This document shows, piece by piece, positions 54,701-63,736 of a stretch of DNA of 64,000 nt. The DNA lies in NCBI GenBank assembly GCA_012295275.1, contig CM022672.1, forward strand, positions 15,624,001 through 15,688,000. The letters are read 5' to 3'. Position 1 is the stretch's first letter. Every line of letters starts with the position of its first letter. Source of the stretch: Chrysomallon squamiferum. Taxonomy: Eukaryota; Animalia; Mollusca. A program made the position numbers and the translations under genes. The notes below the pieces were generated by a model. That model was not told the DNA's origin, ran no database searches, and was given only the letters and a program-made list of their open reading frames with translations.

Positions 54701-56396
54701 TTGAAAAAAAATGTTAAGGAAAAAATGACTTTATTTGACAAAATATACAGGGTATACAACTTAAAAGATTATTAATAAGCTTTGTTTCCATGAACATTTG
54801 GTGCGCCTGTCATGTCACAATTACAGGAAATATTGTGTCAAAAAAGAAAGTAAAGTGGATTTCAGTATACTGACCGATTTATTTCAACAATAACTTACAC
54901 ATGACTTCATCACCTTCCCTATTTAACACAGCATATCTTGGATGTGGTATTTCTTCTTGCATTAGTATTGTGTACACTTTTCTCCTGAAGTAATGTGCAA
55001 AATAAAAATGAAAATGCAAGGAAATATTCTATTTGAAAATCTGAAGTACTCATTTTTTTTCAGACAGCACAGGCTTGAGTATATGTTTTCTTCCTTTAAA
55101 GTAATGAAGACTGCATAAGATAAACATTTCACTTTAAAAAAAATACATATCTTCTTTTTTCCAAATTTGAAACCATCTGTATATTAAATACTTATATAAC
55201 CTTTATATCACTTACACCAAAAAACCCTGCTTATATATTTCTTGTGTATAAATGTGTTTTTCAGATTTTAGAACAGAATATAATAAATGTATCAACTGGT
55301 ATAAATTAAAAAAGGCCAGATTATCATAGTGCCAACAACAAAAAATATCAATTTTTACTCAAGAAGGGTCAAATAAAATATTTTTACATTACCTGTCCAT
55401 TAAAATATATTGTGCTTCAAGATCATTAATAGCATAAGGCTTCCTCAAATTATAGTAGTCTATTGCCTTTACAAGTGGAAAACCAAAGGAAAAGAATGAG
55501 ATCAAAACATCAACAACAGGCCAGTCTTCAATGGGGTCATTTAAAATGACTGATTCTGGAAACACAAAAATCTCTATCCGTTCAAAATTGTTCAGTCTTT
55601 CTAGAATCTCTTTCATTGGTTTTGACACAGATTTTTTGGCCATTGCACATACTCCTACAATAATATTGCGTTCTGCTGAGCTTGGTCGCTGAAAGATCCA
55701 AAACATACAATGCAAAACTAAATTAAAGAAACTGCTTCCAAGTAAACATTTTACATAGAAAAACATGTTCTGAAGTGTGATTTTTGTTATTTGTTTTGGA
55801 TTAATTTATTAATTAGTAAGTATTCATTTTTTTCATCTTTCTTCCGGTGTTCTCTTTTTAAATTATTTATTTATTGTTATTTTCCTCCCTTACTTTTGTT
55901 AATTATTATTTTACTTCCCCCAAACATGCCCAAACATGACCAAAAACATTTATGCTGTTACTCAAGTGCAAAAATCTCCTAGTTCTTCAAAACCATGAAA
56001 GTAAGAAGATAAATTAAAACTTTTAAATTACTTTTACTGTAAGTATTTAACATATGCTGGATAAAAAAAAAAAAAAAAAAAAAAAAGTAAATTAAAAAAG
56101 AAAATATTTTTAATTGTAAATTTAATATAAAAACATGAAAATCTAACCTCGCTGTGAATGGGGCAGAGTTCATCAGATGAAGTATCACTTACAGCTGGAC
56201 CTATGGTAAATTTCACTTGCTTTTCCTTGTGATAATCAACTGGGGTACCAATTGAAGAATTTAAGATTGGTGTTGGTTTTTCATTTTTGCAGCTTGCTCC
56301 ATATTCTTTTCTTTGTTCTGCAACATTTGTTTTTTCATCTTTTGTAGAATCTGTGCCCCCGGAGTCAGAGGTTTCTGATTTTGTCTCTTCATTCAT
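12086..56396 (-). CDS. PPIP5K: Inositol hexakisphosphate and diphosphoinositol-pentakisphosphate kinase (PPIP5K/VIP1 family), multi-exon gene of about 1325 aa with 30 core coding exons plus alternative exons
   Basis: Exon translations match family motifs in order: [168 protein letters not shown]. All introns are GT-AG with matching phases. Confidence 0.97.
12530..12742 (-). CDS. PPIP5K: PPIP5K penultimate exon with the conserved [15 protein letters not shown] motif
   Basis: 213 nt, phase 1-1; motif shared with the vertebrate PPIP5K C-terminus ([15 protein letters not shown]). Confidence 0.92.
14440..15075 (-). mobile_element. Highly decayed LINE (RTE-like) remnant
   Basis: GC-richer block; minus-strand translation with stops gives [19 protein letters not shown] and LWYG..LNVKGK, reminiscent of RT QFGF and C-terminal LRWYGH..GKR motifs. 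Confidence 0.3.
18345..18368 (-). CDS. PPIP5K: PPIP5K candidate 24-nt microexon (ASLKKEKS)
   Basis: TTTTTGCACTCTTTCTCAAG|CTTCTTTGAAGAAGGAAAAATCAG|GTTGGT; purine-rich, frame-preserving. Confidence 0.4.
18396..18510. repeat. (AAT)n and (AAAAAT)n microsatellites
   Basis: Seen directly; similar (AAT)n tracts at ~33435-33480, ~36930-37015 and ~45770-45845. Confidence 0.9.
19348..19431 (-). CDS. PPIP5K: PPIP5K tail exon ([28 protein letters not shown])
   Basis: 84-nt GC-rich island, phase 1-1, G|GTATGT donor. Confidence 0.75.
21442..21501 (-). CDS. PPIP5K: PPIP5K candidate cassette exon ([20 protein letters not shown])
   Basis: TGCCTCTTGTGCAG acceptor, AAG|GTAAAT donor, 60 nt symmetric phase 1; has a competing internal GTAAGC donor. 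Confidence 0.4.
21875..22080 (+). repeat. Intronic ~200-bp direct repeat, copy 1
   Basis: Similar to 25242-25437 (TTCTTATCATTCTT..GAAAAATATTGCCAC..TTTTCTCTCTCTCAACAT..TAATTATTCAAGAAAGTTAAA). Confidence 0.85.
22457..22561 (-). CDS. PPIP5K: PPIP5K tail exon ([35 protein letters not shown])
   Basis: 105 nt, phase 1-1, AAG|GTAAGC donor. Confidence 0.75.
24871..24927 (-). CDS. PPIP5K: PPIP5K tail exon ([19 protein letters not shown])
   Basis: 57 nt, phase 1-1, CAG|GTAATG donor; repeats the motif of the previous exon. Confidence 0.75.
25242..25437 (+). repeat. Intronic ~200-bp direct repeat, copy 2
   Basis: Diverged copy of 21875-22080. Confidence 0.85.
26926..27000 (-). CDS. PPIP5K: PPIP5K tail exon ([25 protein letters not shown])
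   Basis: 75 nt, phase 1-1. Confidence 0.8.
27538..27634 (-). CDS. PPIP5K: PPIP5K tail exon ([32 protein letters not shown])
   Basis: 97 nt, phase 0 to 1; needed to reach the downstream phase-1 exons. Confidence 0.78.
28018..28083 (-). CDS. PPIP5K: PPIP5K tail exon ([22 protein letters not shown])
   Basis: 66 nt, phase 0-0. Confidence 0.78.
28372..28551 (-). CDS. PPIP5K: PPIP5K C-terminal tail exon ([13 protein letters not shown]...DDIFIK)
   Basis: 180 nt, phase 0-0, canonical splice sites, open frame. Confidence 0.8.
28950..29075 (-). CDS. PPIP5K: PPIP5K exon ([17 protein letters not shown]...[10 protein letters not shown])
   Basis: 126 nt, end of the phosphatase domain. Confidence 0.95.
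29347..29454 (-). CDS. PPIP5K: PPIP5K exon ([14 protein letters not shown]...[18 protein letters not shown])
   Basis: 108 nt, conserved. Confidence 0.96.
30076..30190 (-). CDS. PPIP5K: PPIP5K exon ([38 protein letters not shown])
   Basis: 115 nt, conserved. Confidence 0.96.
30200..30530 (+). repeat. Degenerate minisatellite (~70-bp unit)
   Basis: Recurring AATATT(T/C)T(G/C)TAT(C/G)AACAA..ATCA..ATAGATTTA units. Confidence 0.5.
30990..31067. repeat. (CA)n microsatellite
   Basis: Seen directly; similar tracts at ~20120-20157 and ~27138-27181. Confidence 0.95.
31086..31234 (-). CDS. PPIP5K: PPIP5K exon ([24 protein letters not shown]...RLDSR)
   Basis: 149 nt, phase 0 to 2. Confidence 0.94.
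31931..32157 (-). CDS. PPIP5K: PPIP5K exon ([13 protein letters not shown]...[13 protein letters not shown]...IVIPQ)
   Basis: 227 nt, conserved. Confidence 0.96.
32586..32727 (-). CDS. PPIP5K: PPIP5K exon ([23 protein letters not shown]...LELKKK)
   Basis: 142 nt, phase 0 to 1. Confidence 0.92.
33138..33204 (-). CDS. PPIP5K: PPIP5K exon ([22 protein letters not shown])
   Basis: 67 nt, phase 2 to 0. Confidence 0.92.
33300..33412 (-). CDS. PPIP5K: PPIP5K exon ([27 protein letters not shown]...)
   Basis: 113 nt, conserved. Confidence 0.95.
33924..34045 (-). CDS. PPIP5K: PPIP5K exon ([41 protein letters not shown])
   Basis: 122 nt, conserved. Confidence 0.96.
34600..35810. mobile_element. Non-autonomous DNA transposon with long terminal inverted repeats (GGG termini; Sola2-like, tentative)
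   Basis: Left GGGTCATTCTGTGTCAAATCACCC vs right GGGTGATTTGACATGGAATGACCC; inverted similarity continues for >130 bp (GAAACTTGGTATACTT...GGGATCCCA...TTTTAGGCCA); TTTT flanks on both sides. Confidence 0.85.
37822..37921 (+). repeat. Perfect 50-bp tandem duplication
   Basis: TATTAACAAACAAAAAATAACATAATAAGGCTTTGAAGATACATTAACAA x2. Confidence 0.9.
39173..39256 (-). CDS. PPIP5K: PPIP5K candidate cassette exon ([28 protein letters not shown])
   Basis: 84-nt GC-rich island in an AT-rich intron; TAAC branch point, CAG acceptor, CAG|GTCAGA donor; symmetric phase 1, open frame. Confidence 0.65.
41739..41744 (-). CDS. PPIP5K: PPIP5K candidate 6-nt microexon (ATGACT)
   Basis: Minus strand TGATGCTTTTATTTATTTATTTTTTAATATTTCAG|ATGACT|GTAAGT; frame-preserving. 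Confidence 0.4.
43365..43490 (-). CDS. PPIP5K: PPIP5K exon ([23 protein letters not shown]...YPGGQ)
   Basis: 126 nt, phase 1-1. Confidence 0.95.
46963..47016 (-). CDS. PPIP5K: PPIP5K candidate cassette exon ([18 protein letters not shown])
   Basis: 54 nt, symmetric phase 1; CTAAT branch point, pyrimidine tract and TAG acceptor; AG|GTATTA donor. Confidence 0.6.
48856..48935 (-). CDS. PPIP5K: PPIP5K mutually exclusive exon B ([26 protein letters not shown])
   Basis: 80 nt, same phases (2 to 1), TAG acceptor after a pyrimidine tract, G|GTTTGT donor, no stops, clear paralogue of exon A. Confidence 0.88.
50353..50438 (-). CDS. PPIP5K: PPIP5K mutually exclusive exon A ([28 protein letters not shown])
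   Basis: 86 nt, phase 2 to 1, canonical [12 protein letters not shown] sequence. Confidence 0.92.
51389..51574 (-). CDS. PPIP5K: PPIP5K exon ([11 protein letters not shown]...[14 protein letters not shown]...LKLVLEM)
   Basis: 186 nt, phase 2-2, GTGAGT donor. Confidence 0.95.
51921..52007 (-). CDS. PPIP5K: PPIP5K exon with the histidine-phosphatase RHGDRTP motif
   Basis: 87 nt, [28 protein letters not shown]. Confidence 0.96.
52574..52681 (-). CDS. PPIP5K: PPIP5K exon ([17 protein letters not shown]...VPTTSGP)
   Basis: 108 nt, phase 2-2. Confidence 0.93.
53020..53141 (-). CDS. PPIP5K: PPIP5K exon ([27 protein letters not shown]...KILG)
   Basis: 122 nt, contains the kinase DVNG motif. Confidence 0.95.
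53586..53747 (-). CDS. PPIP5K: PPIP5K exon ([17 protein letters not shown]...CQAFK)
   Basis: 162 nt, highly conserved. Confidence 0.95.
54116..54217 (-). CDS. PPIP5K: PPIP5K exon ([10 protein letters not shown]...[12 protein letters not shown])
   Basis: 102 nt, phase 0-0, AAG|GTGAG donor. Confidence 0.95.
54410..54561 (-). CDS. PPIP5K: PPIP5K exon (CDVHETED...[14 protein letters not shown]...RLFRK)
   Basis: 152 nt, conserved ATP-grasp motif. Confidence 0.95.
54899..54984 (-). CDS. PPIP5K: PPIP5K exon ([28 protein letters not shown])
   Basis: 86 nt, phase 2 to 1, GTAAGT donor. Confidence 0.93.
55393..55688 (-). CDS. PPIP5K: PPIP5K exon ([20 protein letters not shown]...ILMDR)
   Basis: 296 nt, CAG acceptor, AG|GTAATG donor; start of the kinase domain. 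Confidence 0.95.
56148..56396 (-). CDS. PPIP5K: PPIP5K first coding exon (MNEETKSE...CPIHSE)
   Basis: Acceptor at 56416-56417, ATG at 56396, phase-0 donor GAG|GTTAG; joins in frame to the next exon. Confidence 0.75.
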
Positions 56397-56799
56397 TTTT
56401 GTTTTCTTACAAATTCTAACAAAAATAAACAGATACAATTATTTAACCAATTAATTGAATATAAACATTCTTATTTGAATTAAATCTTATTCATAATTAG
56501 ATAATAATAATTATAATGATTATCTTAATGATTAAATCCTAAACCTAAATGTCAAAATGACACAGAAAGATATTAACTCAATAACTCATTAACTGTGTTA
56601 AAAATAAATATTTGTCAATACCACAGCTATAAATAAAATGTATTCCGTTTCAGTACAAAAATAATTAATGAATAGAGTTACGAATCAGTATGGCAGCCGC
56701 AGTTATTAAAGTCGTATGCAGAGCATACCTTACCATATTTACTAGCAGACGATGTAAACATAGTTAAATGAATTATAATATAAATTATTTCATACGTAC

Positions 56800-57010
56800 C
56801 CTGGAAATAAAATGCTGACGACGAGAATCTGTATATTTATATTACTTTTAATGCTGTATTAACAATAATTATCCTCAAGGCACATTTACAGATAAGGAAA
56901 TCATTTATCATCAGATTCCTATAAATAAATTGTCTTATTATTATGATACTCTAAGTCCTTGAGAAAGTCCTACTAATAACATGTCAGCCATTTTTATTTG
57001 TTTCTGTCTA
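56800..57010 (-). promoter_or_regulatory. Putative PPIP5K non-coding first exon / TSS region
   Basis: Donor-like CAGG|GTACGT at 56800, YY1-like AAAATGGC on the minus strand near 56990, and scattered CpGs at 56680-56825; boundaries uncertain. Confidence 0.35.
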
Positions 57011-57559
57011 AATTCCTTCAATGAACTATTTATCAATCATAGCGGGATTTAATTCTACAATGTTTAATATAATAAATGAAAAAGTATTGTCATAATGAAA
57101 AATTAGACTGTTAACAAATATATCAAAAACAGAACAACAAAAAGGAAAAAAACAACAACAACAACAAAAAAAAAACAGTAACAAACAAACAAAATACCGG
57201 TTTTCTTTTGTACGATCATTAAACACACTCTCCCTTCACAGAACTAATTTAGATTATTTAATATTTTATTAGTTTAGTTTTAATGTTTAATTAAACATAT
57301 ATCATCATTAGTTTATTATTGTTATTATTATTATTAATAATTTATTTTTTTATTATTATCATTTTTTAAATTATTATTATTATTTTTACTGTTATTTTTT
57401 TTTTTTTGTTTATTACTTTTGTTTTTCTTGTTGCTGTTGTTTTTTTTTTTCTTGTTCTTCTGATATTTCTTAATTAGAAGAATTGTGATAGGTTGATAAT
57501 ATGATCAGCAGCCAACAAAGTTTGGTATCTCTGTTTAATGTAATAACAAATAACATATA

Positions 57560-57989
57560 TGTGAGGGACTGAACTAAAAGCACAATCTAAAGATACATAA
57601 ACACCATTGACCTGTGAGGTTTATTTCTTCTTGTTTAAACGTAAAGTACTTGGGAAATTCCTCCAAAACACGTAGGACATTAAAATATGGTAAACACTGT
57701 CAATGGTACTTTCTTAAGGAACCCATGACAGTAATGGTCTGCCAGTATTGGTCAGGATGTGAAATGTTATCTGTGTGACTGTGTTGAAATACAGTTCAAG
57801 AGAAGAGGGAATATCTGGCAAGGGAGAAAGACGTTTGAGCCAATTCTCTGCATTATAATTACTATACCTTTATCAGGATATATTGTTATTGTATATCATG
57901 GTGTATAAATGGGCAGAGAAAATAAAAATGTAATCGAAATCGAACTTGTAATGTTTTTTGTGAGAGGGTGCTGTACGCACCCGGCCACA
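57560..57989 (+). repeat. 5' LTR
   Basis: TGTGAGGGACTGAAC...CACCCGGCCACA, repeated at 59820-60232. Confidence 0.92.
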
Positions 57990-57991
57990 AA

Positions 57992-58009
57992 TGGCGTCGC
58001 CGACAGGAT
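57992..58009 (+). other. Primer binding site (tRNA-Ser-like)
   Basis: Starts with TGG 2 nt after the 5' LTR; reverse complement ATCCTGTCGGCGACGCCA resembles a tRNA-Ser 3' end. Confidence 0.75.
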
Positions 58010-58303
58010 TGTGAGTTGTTTAAGTTTACAGACAATTGTCAGATTTAAAAACAGACAATTGGTAAATCTGAAATGAGAACAATCAAAACACAGTTAAAAT
58101 GTGAGGCAGCTGGATTTTTCAGTTAAAGCAGTTAAAAAGCAGGATACGTTTCAGGAATGTGCGAAATATTACAGAAGCTAATATATAACTGTTTTATTCC
58201 ATTTTGTAAATGCCTAATCCGGTCTGAAAGAATACAGAAATATAGATGACGATGAACAGAAAAGACATTACGACAGAGCAGTTAGTTCATTGAGAAGTGT
58301 GAT

Positions 58304-58306
<3 letters not shown>

Positions 58307-58374
<68 letters not shown>
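58307..58374. repeat. (GA)n microsatellite inside the LTR element
   Basis: Seen directly. Confidence 0.95.
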
Positions 58375-58376
<2 letters not shown>

Positions 58377-59135
58377 TATTATAACAAACTACGTGGTGGA
58401 TAAACATTGACATTATCAGGAAAATTAGCAAACTGATTCTATAATTGTGTTGCTATTTTGTTGTTTTGTTTCTCTTCGTGTTTAATGTAAACTGCTATTA
58501 TTGGCCACAAACAGTGAAAGGTAGGTGACTGTGAAACTGTTGAATGTGAACGAATGACAACTGAGAGTTTTATATTACTTAAAGTTTCAGTATTAATTAA
58601 CTGAACTACACTGGCTTTCCCTCAGTCAAACTGTTTTAACTTAAACTGATATGAGTAACTGGGGATTAATGGGGAAATTGTAAAAGTTATGCTCTGAGGA
58701 ATCTGCCGACAAACCATTATCGCATAAAGAGGCGTGGCCTGTAACTGTTTGGAGTCAGTAAGGTTGACTTTCACATGACCAGTTGTTTACACCAGTGGAC
58801 CCAATTATGGCCAGTGATGGTCAGTAGCCTTGGCTTAGATAACATGTGAGGTAAACAGCCCTGAGTGGCAGCAATTAAGGGCATCTGGTTAGAAAGTAAA
58901 TTTAAAATAAAGATTCTTGAAGAGATCAGTTGTAATCTGATAACAGTCAAAACTTAAAATACTGAATTAAAAGAAAGTTAGTAGAATAAACTATTTTAAT
59001 ATTTCACTGAATGTGTAACAATGAATTCACAGTAAAGTAAATTTTGTAATCAAAATAATACTAATCTGTGGAACAAAGCACTACAAATTAAATATATTGA
59101 TTTAAATAAATATTTAAGTTGACACAAAATATATT

Positions 59136-59545
59136 ACTGGCTTTTCACCATTTAATCTGATGTTTGGAAGACACACTCAACTTCCGATTGACTGTCTTCT
59201 GGGTGGAGTCAACGGTGAGAAGATGGAGAAGATACTTCCAGAATGGATACTGGAGTATCAAGAGAATCTACGTTATGCCTATGAAAAAGCAGGAGAGCAT
59301 ACCAGATTTGAGACAAGCGAGGAAGGCTCCCCGTGATGATGTGCTAAGAGATAATCAATATAAGCATTGATTCCCTTGTAAATCTCAGGAACAGAAACAT
59401 CCAGGATAAGAAAATTATTCAAGATCACTGGAAAAGTCAACTGTACAGAATCACTGAAATGCTGGATCAAGATGGAAGGTTATGCAAAGTTTGTCCTCTG
59501 GAAGATGACAAAGACAATAGGGTGGTGAACAGGTCGGAGATGAGC
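59136..59545 (+). pseudogene. Gypsy integrase C-terminal remnant
   Basis: Translates to TGFSPFNLMFGRHTQLPIDCLLGG, then after disruption LRNRNIQDKKIIQDHWKSQLYRI...RVVNRSEM. Confidence 0.85.
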
Positions 59546-59819
59546 CATGTTACATACAACCAGAAAGATGATTTGATAGAGGCTGAACATCAGTTAGACA
59601 GTGTAGAAACAACCAGTCTATTGCATTAGATATAACACAATCTAGTGAAATGTACTTCAAATATAAGTAATTTTTTAGAAGTTGGTAGATTATACTTCAT
59701 AATATAACATATGTAATTTTTAGAAATTTCTAATTTAAAATAACAATTTTATTTCTTTCCCAGAATAGTTAATCATCTTATGAATGTTTTCGAAAACGTA
59801 AATGTTAAGCAGGGGAGTT

Positions 59820-60232
59820 TTTGAGGGACTGAACTAAAAGCACAATCTAAAGATACATAAACACCATTGACCTGTGAGGTTTATTTCTCCTGGTTTAATC
59901 GTAAAGTACTTGGTAAATTCCACCAAACACTCGGGACATTAAAATATGGTAAACACTGTCATTGGGGCTTTCTTAAGGAACCCATGGTCTGCCAGTATTG
60001 GTCAGGGGTGTGAAATGTTATCTGTGTGACTGTGTTGAAATACAGTTCAAGAAAAGAGAGAATATTTGGCAAAACGTTTGAGCCAATTGTCTGCATTATA
60101 ATTATTATACTTTTATCCGGATATATTGTTATTGTGTATCATGGTGTATAAATGGGCAGAGGAAATAAAAATGTAATCGAAATCGAACTTGAGTAGTTTT
60201 TTGTGTGAGGGTGCTTTACGCACCCGGCCACA
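59820..60232 (+). repeat. 3' LTR
   Basis: Diverged copy of the 5' LTR with substitutions and two short deletions. Confidence 0.92.
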
Positions 60233-61223
60233 TATATATATTTTATTTTTTTAAATTTATTTATTTATCCTTAGTCCTAAGGTTTATTATTATTATTATT
60301 ATTATAAGCATGTTTTGATCATTACACATATTATTAACTAAGCCTGCTTTTTGTTAACATTATTTATTAAATAAAACGCAGATTCAAATACTATTTCTGG
60401 CACGAGTACCGAAGCGACAAAGACAAATTCCCGCCAAATAAAACTAAATTTAAATTTCCCTATTACTGCGGTTATGTATTAGTTTCAGGTGGTTTTTTTT
60501 CCAATATCAGATTATTTATGTTTATTCGTTCAATATTAATTTGAATGATTTTAAAGTAATCTTAAGAACTAAGAACAAAGTTTAAGCTTTCTGTTGTGTA
60601 AGGCTTATGCGGTCAATTTTCAAACGTGAAAAATGAAGCTGGGCTTATTTACGAGTATGAACATATCGCCTGTCACTTACGTAATAATTATGTTTAATGT
60701 TAAAACAGTATTTTAAAAAATTAAACCAAACACTTCTTTAATTTTTAATCATAAAATTTTATGTTCAAGTAGCAAGTCTATAAATGACATTCAGAACTTA
60801 GATTCAGTATAATTATGAGAAGTGGTAACTTGGTAAACTGTGAGTTAGTAATAGCATTGGTAGTAGCAGTAGTAGTACTATTGTAGTCGTAGTGATAATT
60901 AATTTAATTATAGTATGATCATACCGCATGAAATAATGTATAAGGCATTAACTCGAAGACAGTTTTTATTAGATTGTATTTTTATTAATAGATTGAAGGA
61001 AGAAAGGTTTTATTTAAAACATTTATTTAGTTAGTTGGAGTCATAATTATGTTTTTAAAAAACAGCTAACTTTTATAATTAATCACTTTCCCGAAGGCCT
61101 AAAAGCTGATAACTTGGTATTTGATAAATTTATTGGATTGAATTGTTTGGGAAAGGAAAATATAGCTTTATTAATAGAATGTGTTTAGTGACCAAAAAAA
61201 TCAATGTTTTACATTAGGACATA

Positions 61224-61226
<3 letters not shown>

Positions 61227-61279
<53 letters not shown>
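61227..61279. repeat. (CT)n microsatellite
   Basis: Seen directly. Confidence 0.95.
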
Positions 61280-61283
<4 letters not shown>

Positions 61284-62348
61284 TTTTTCGAATCATTATA
61301 GTGATTAGGCATAATTATAAATTATGTTTGTTGTGCTTATAATAACTTCTCAAATAATGAAATAATTTGACAGACAAATAATCGAGAATAGTGATTGTAT
61401 TTCGGGCGTTTTTGTCAATGCTGTTTGTAGCAGAAAATATATAATATCTCTTCAATCGCTTAAGTTATTAATGAAATCTACAACGTAACAAGAAATAGGG
61501 CGGATATGTGAATATGATTTAAGAAATTCTGTTTCGAAAAAATGTTTTTTAAATGTGTTATTCATCAGAAATTTAATTTTCTTAAGAGAAAAATACGTGA
61601 TTAAATTGTCCGGCAAATGCTATTTATCCATTTACCGACATATATAATGCGTGTAGGTAAGCTAGCGGATTATTTTTTTTTTTTTTTTCATTTAAGAGTA
61701 TGTTACTTACATGATCACTCATTCATTCATTCATTCATGGATTCATTCATTCATGTATTATATGTCACATCGAAATTATTAAGGGTTTTTGGTTTGATGC
61801 TTTTTTTTTTGGATGAATCAACGAAAACAAGTAATTTTAAAACAGTTTTATTGATAAGACGTTAACAAATTATAATACATATGTATATTCTTACTAGAAA
61901 ACAGAGAAAAACTGTTGTTTAATTCAAATGACCATTCAGGAAACAATTTCTTCTGAAATTAATTTGAATAGATGAACAATAAAAAAAAAAAATAATAATA
62001 ATAATAATAATAATAATAGAACATAATAACAGATAACAATAAAATACAATAAATGTTTGTTAAGCAATAAAATAAAAAAATAAAGAAATAAATAAATGTA
62101 TCAATTTTCCCTTATGGTGATAACAGAATACATTTTGTGTAATGTATTATGCAAATATTCATTCGATGACAAAGAATGTAACTGCGTCTGTTGTAACTGT
62201 AAATTACAAATTAAAATTCAGTATCAAATCTCTGCCTATATGTACATATATAATACATTATTAGTATTATTACTTGTCGTTGTTATTATTAATATTATTA
62301 TTACTACCTTCATCATAATCATCATCGTCAACACTGAACTAGTATACT

Positions 62349-63071
62349 TTAATTTGAGCTAACATTTTCTTCATTTTTACGACCTGTTTCATTTTTCTCG
62401 GAATCACTTGTTACATCCGACGCAGAAGAAGATAGGTTCGGTTCACATCCAGAATAATGTTTCTTCCAGTCAAAATGACTTTCAAATGCTTCCCCACAGT
62501 TTTCACATTTGTATGGCTTAATTTTATAATGACCATTCATGTGCTCCTGGAGATGTTCTGTTTTCCAAAATGTCTGTCCACAGTTCGGCTCCTGACATCG
62601 GTATCTTGGTAACGTCTCGTCTTCTTGGCGTCGTTTTTGTGATTCCGACTGTTCGGACTGCACTTGTTTGCCCTCTGCTGCCTTCACAGACGATTTCATC
62701 CTGTTGACCGTGTTTGGATTTACCTGTTGAGGAGGAGAAGGGGGAGAGGAAGGAGTCAGTGAACAGCTGGAATAAACATTCTGATTATTGAGAACCTGGT
62801 AGTACGGATATCCAATGTTCTGGTCATCTTTCATTTCTCCATGTTTCAGTCGCATGTGTCGAGTCAAGTTGGACTTCCACTTGCTGACGTATCCACATTT
62901 ATCACAGGAAAATGTCTGACTCAGTGGCGACAACGTCCGCATTAAGGACATAGATGGCGCTGTTTGTATTCGTATCAGATTCTCCTGCTGGGCTTTGAAC
63001 ATTCTCTGTATGCTGCTGAAAGTTTCGTTTCTGCTGTTATCTGTATTCTTATCTGTATGTCTTTCCCTTTC
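62349..63071 (-). CDS. C2H2 zinc-finger protein, terminal exon (two C2H2 fingers plus one C2HC finger)
   Basis: TTTCTCTGTAG acceptor, phase 0, open to TAA at 62349; CDKC..HMRLKH, CQEPNC..HMNGH, linker KIKPYKC, CENC..HYSGC. Confidence 0.85.
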   Translation of the reverse strand, partial: ERERHTDKNTDNSRNETFSSIQRMFKAQQENLIRIQTAPSMSLMRTLSPLSQTFSCDKCGYVSKWKSNLTRHMRLKHGEMKDDQNIGYPYYQVLNNQNVYSSCSLTPSSPPSPPQQVNPNTVNRMKSSVKAAEGKQVQSEQSESQKRRQEDETLPRYRCQEPNCGQTFWKTEHLQEHMNGHYKIKPYKCENCGEAFESHFDWKKHYSGCEPNLSSSASDVTSDSEKNETGRKNEENVSSN

Positions 63072-63736
63072 CTACAGAGAAATATATATATATATATATA
63101 CAAACAGTGTTACATATATACATACATACATATATATATATATAAAACAGGCACATATATAAAAAAAAACCATTTTATTTCAATATAAAAATTAAGATAT
63201 TACGATGATCACAAAAATATAAATTGATGAGCAAAAATTAATCATTTTTCTGAAAGAACGCACACACAGATATAAGAAATTAACCATCTAGTAATAACAA
63301 TAATAATATATATATATATATATATATATTTTAGAATTATTGTTATATCATTCGATCCAAAATTACTGTGCAAAATATAAAACTGTTTCGAAAACCACTA
63401 TTTCTGTTTATTAAAAGAAGAAATGTAATCAATTATAATGAATCTTCTAAATGTAATAACGCACATTAAAGTTACATTTTTTTATCTTTCTTTATATTAT
63501 CCATCTAATTTTTAAATTATAACTGAAAAAAAAAAATTAAGTATTACATCCTTCTCTATGCTTATGTCACCATCTGGGTAAATTACCTTTTAAGAAATAT
63601 TAAAATCCACATAATATAGTTTCAGAATGCATATTAAGGAGAACAACAACAACAACGAATTTCTTTTTAAAATCTCCACCTTTCAGCGGGCACGTGTATA
63701 ACTTTCCTCTAAACCGTGAACTAATTAATACTTTTA

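Larger units (their letters stand above)
57560..60232 (+). mobile_element. Internally deleted Gypsy/Ty3-type LTR retrotransposon
   Basis: Direct repeats 57560-57989 and ~59820-60232 (TG...CA), TATA TSD on both sides, PBS TGGCGTCGCCGACAGGAT, PPT AAGCAGGGGAG before the 3' LTR, integrase remnant. Confidence 0.93.
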
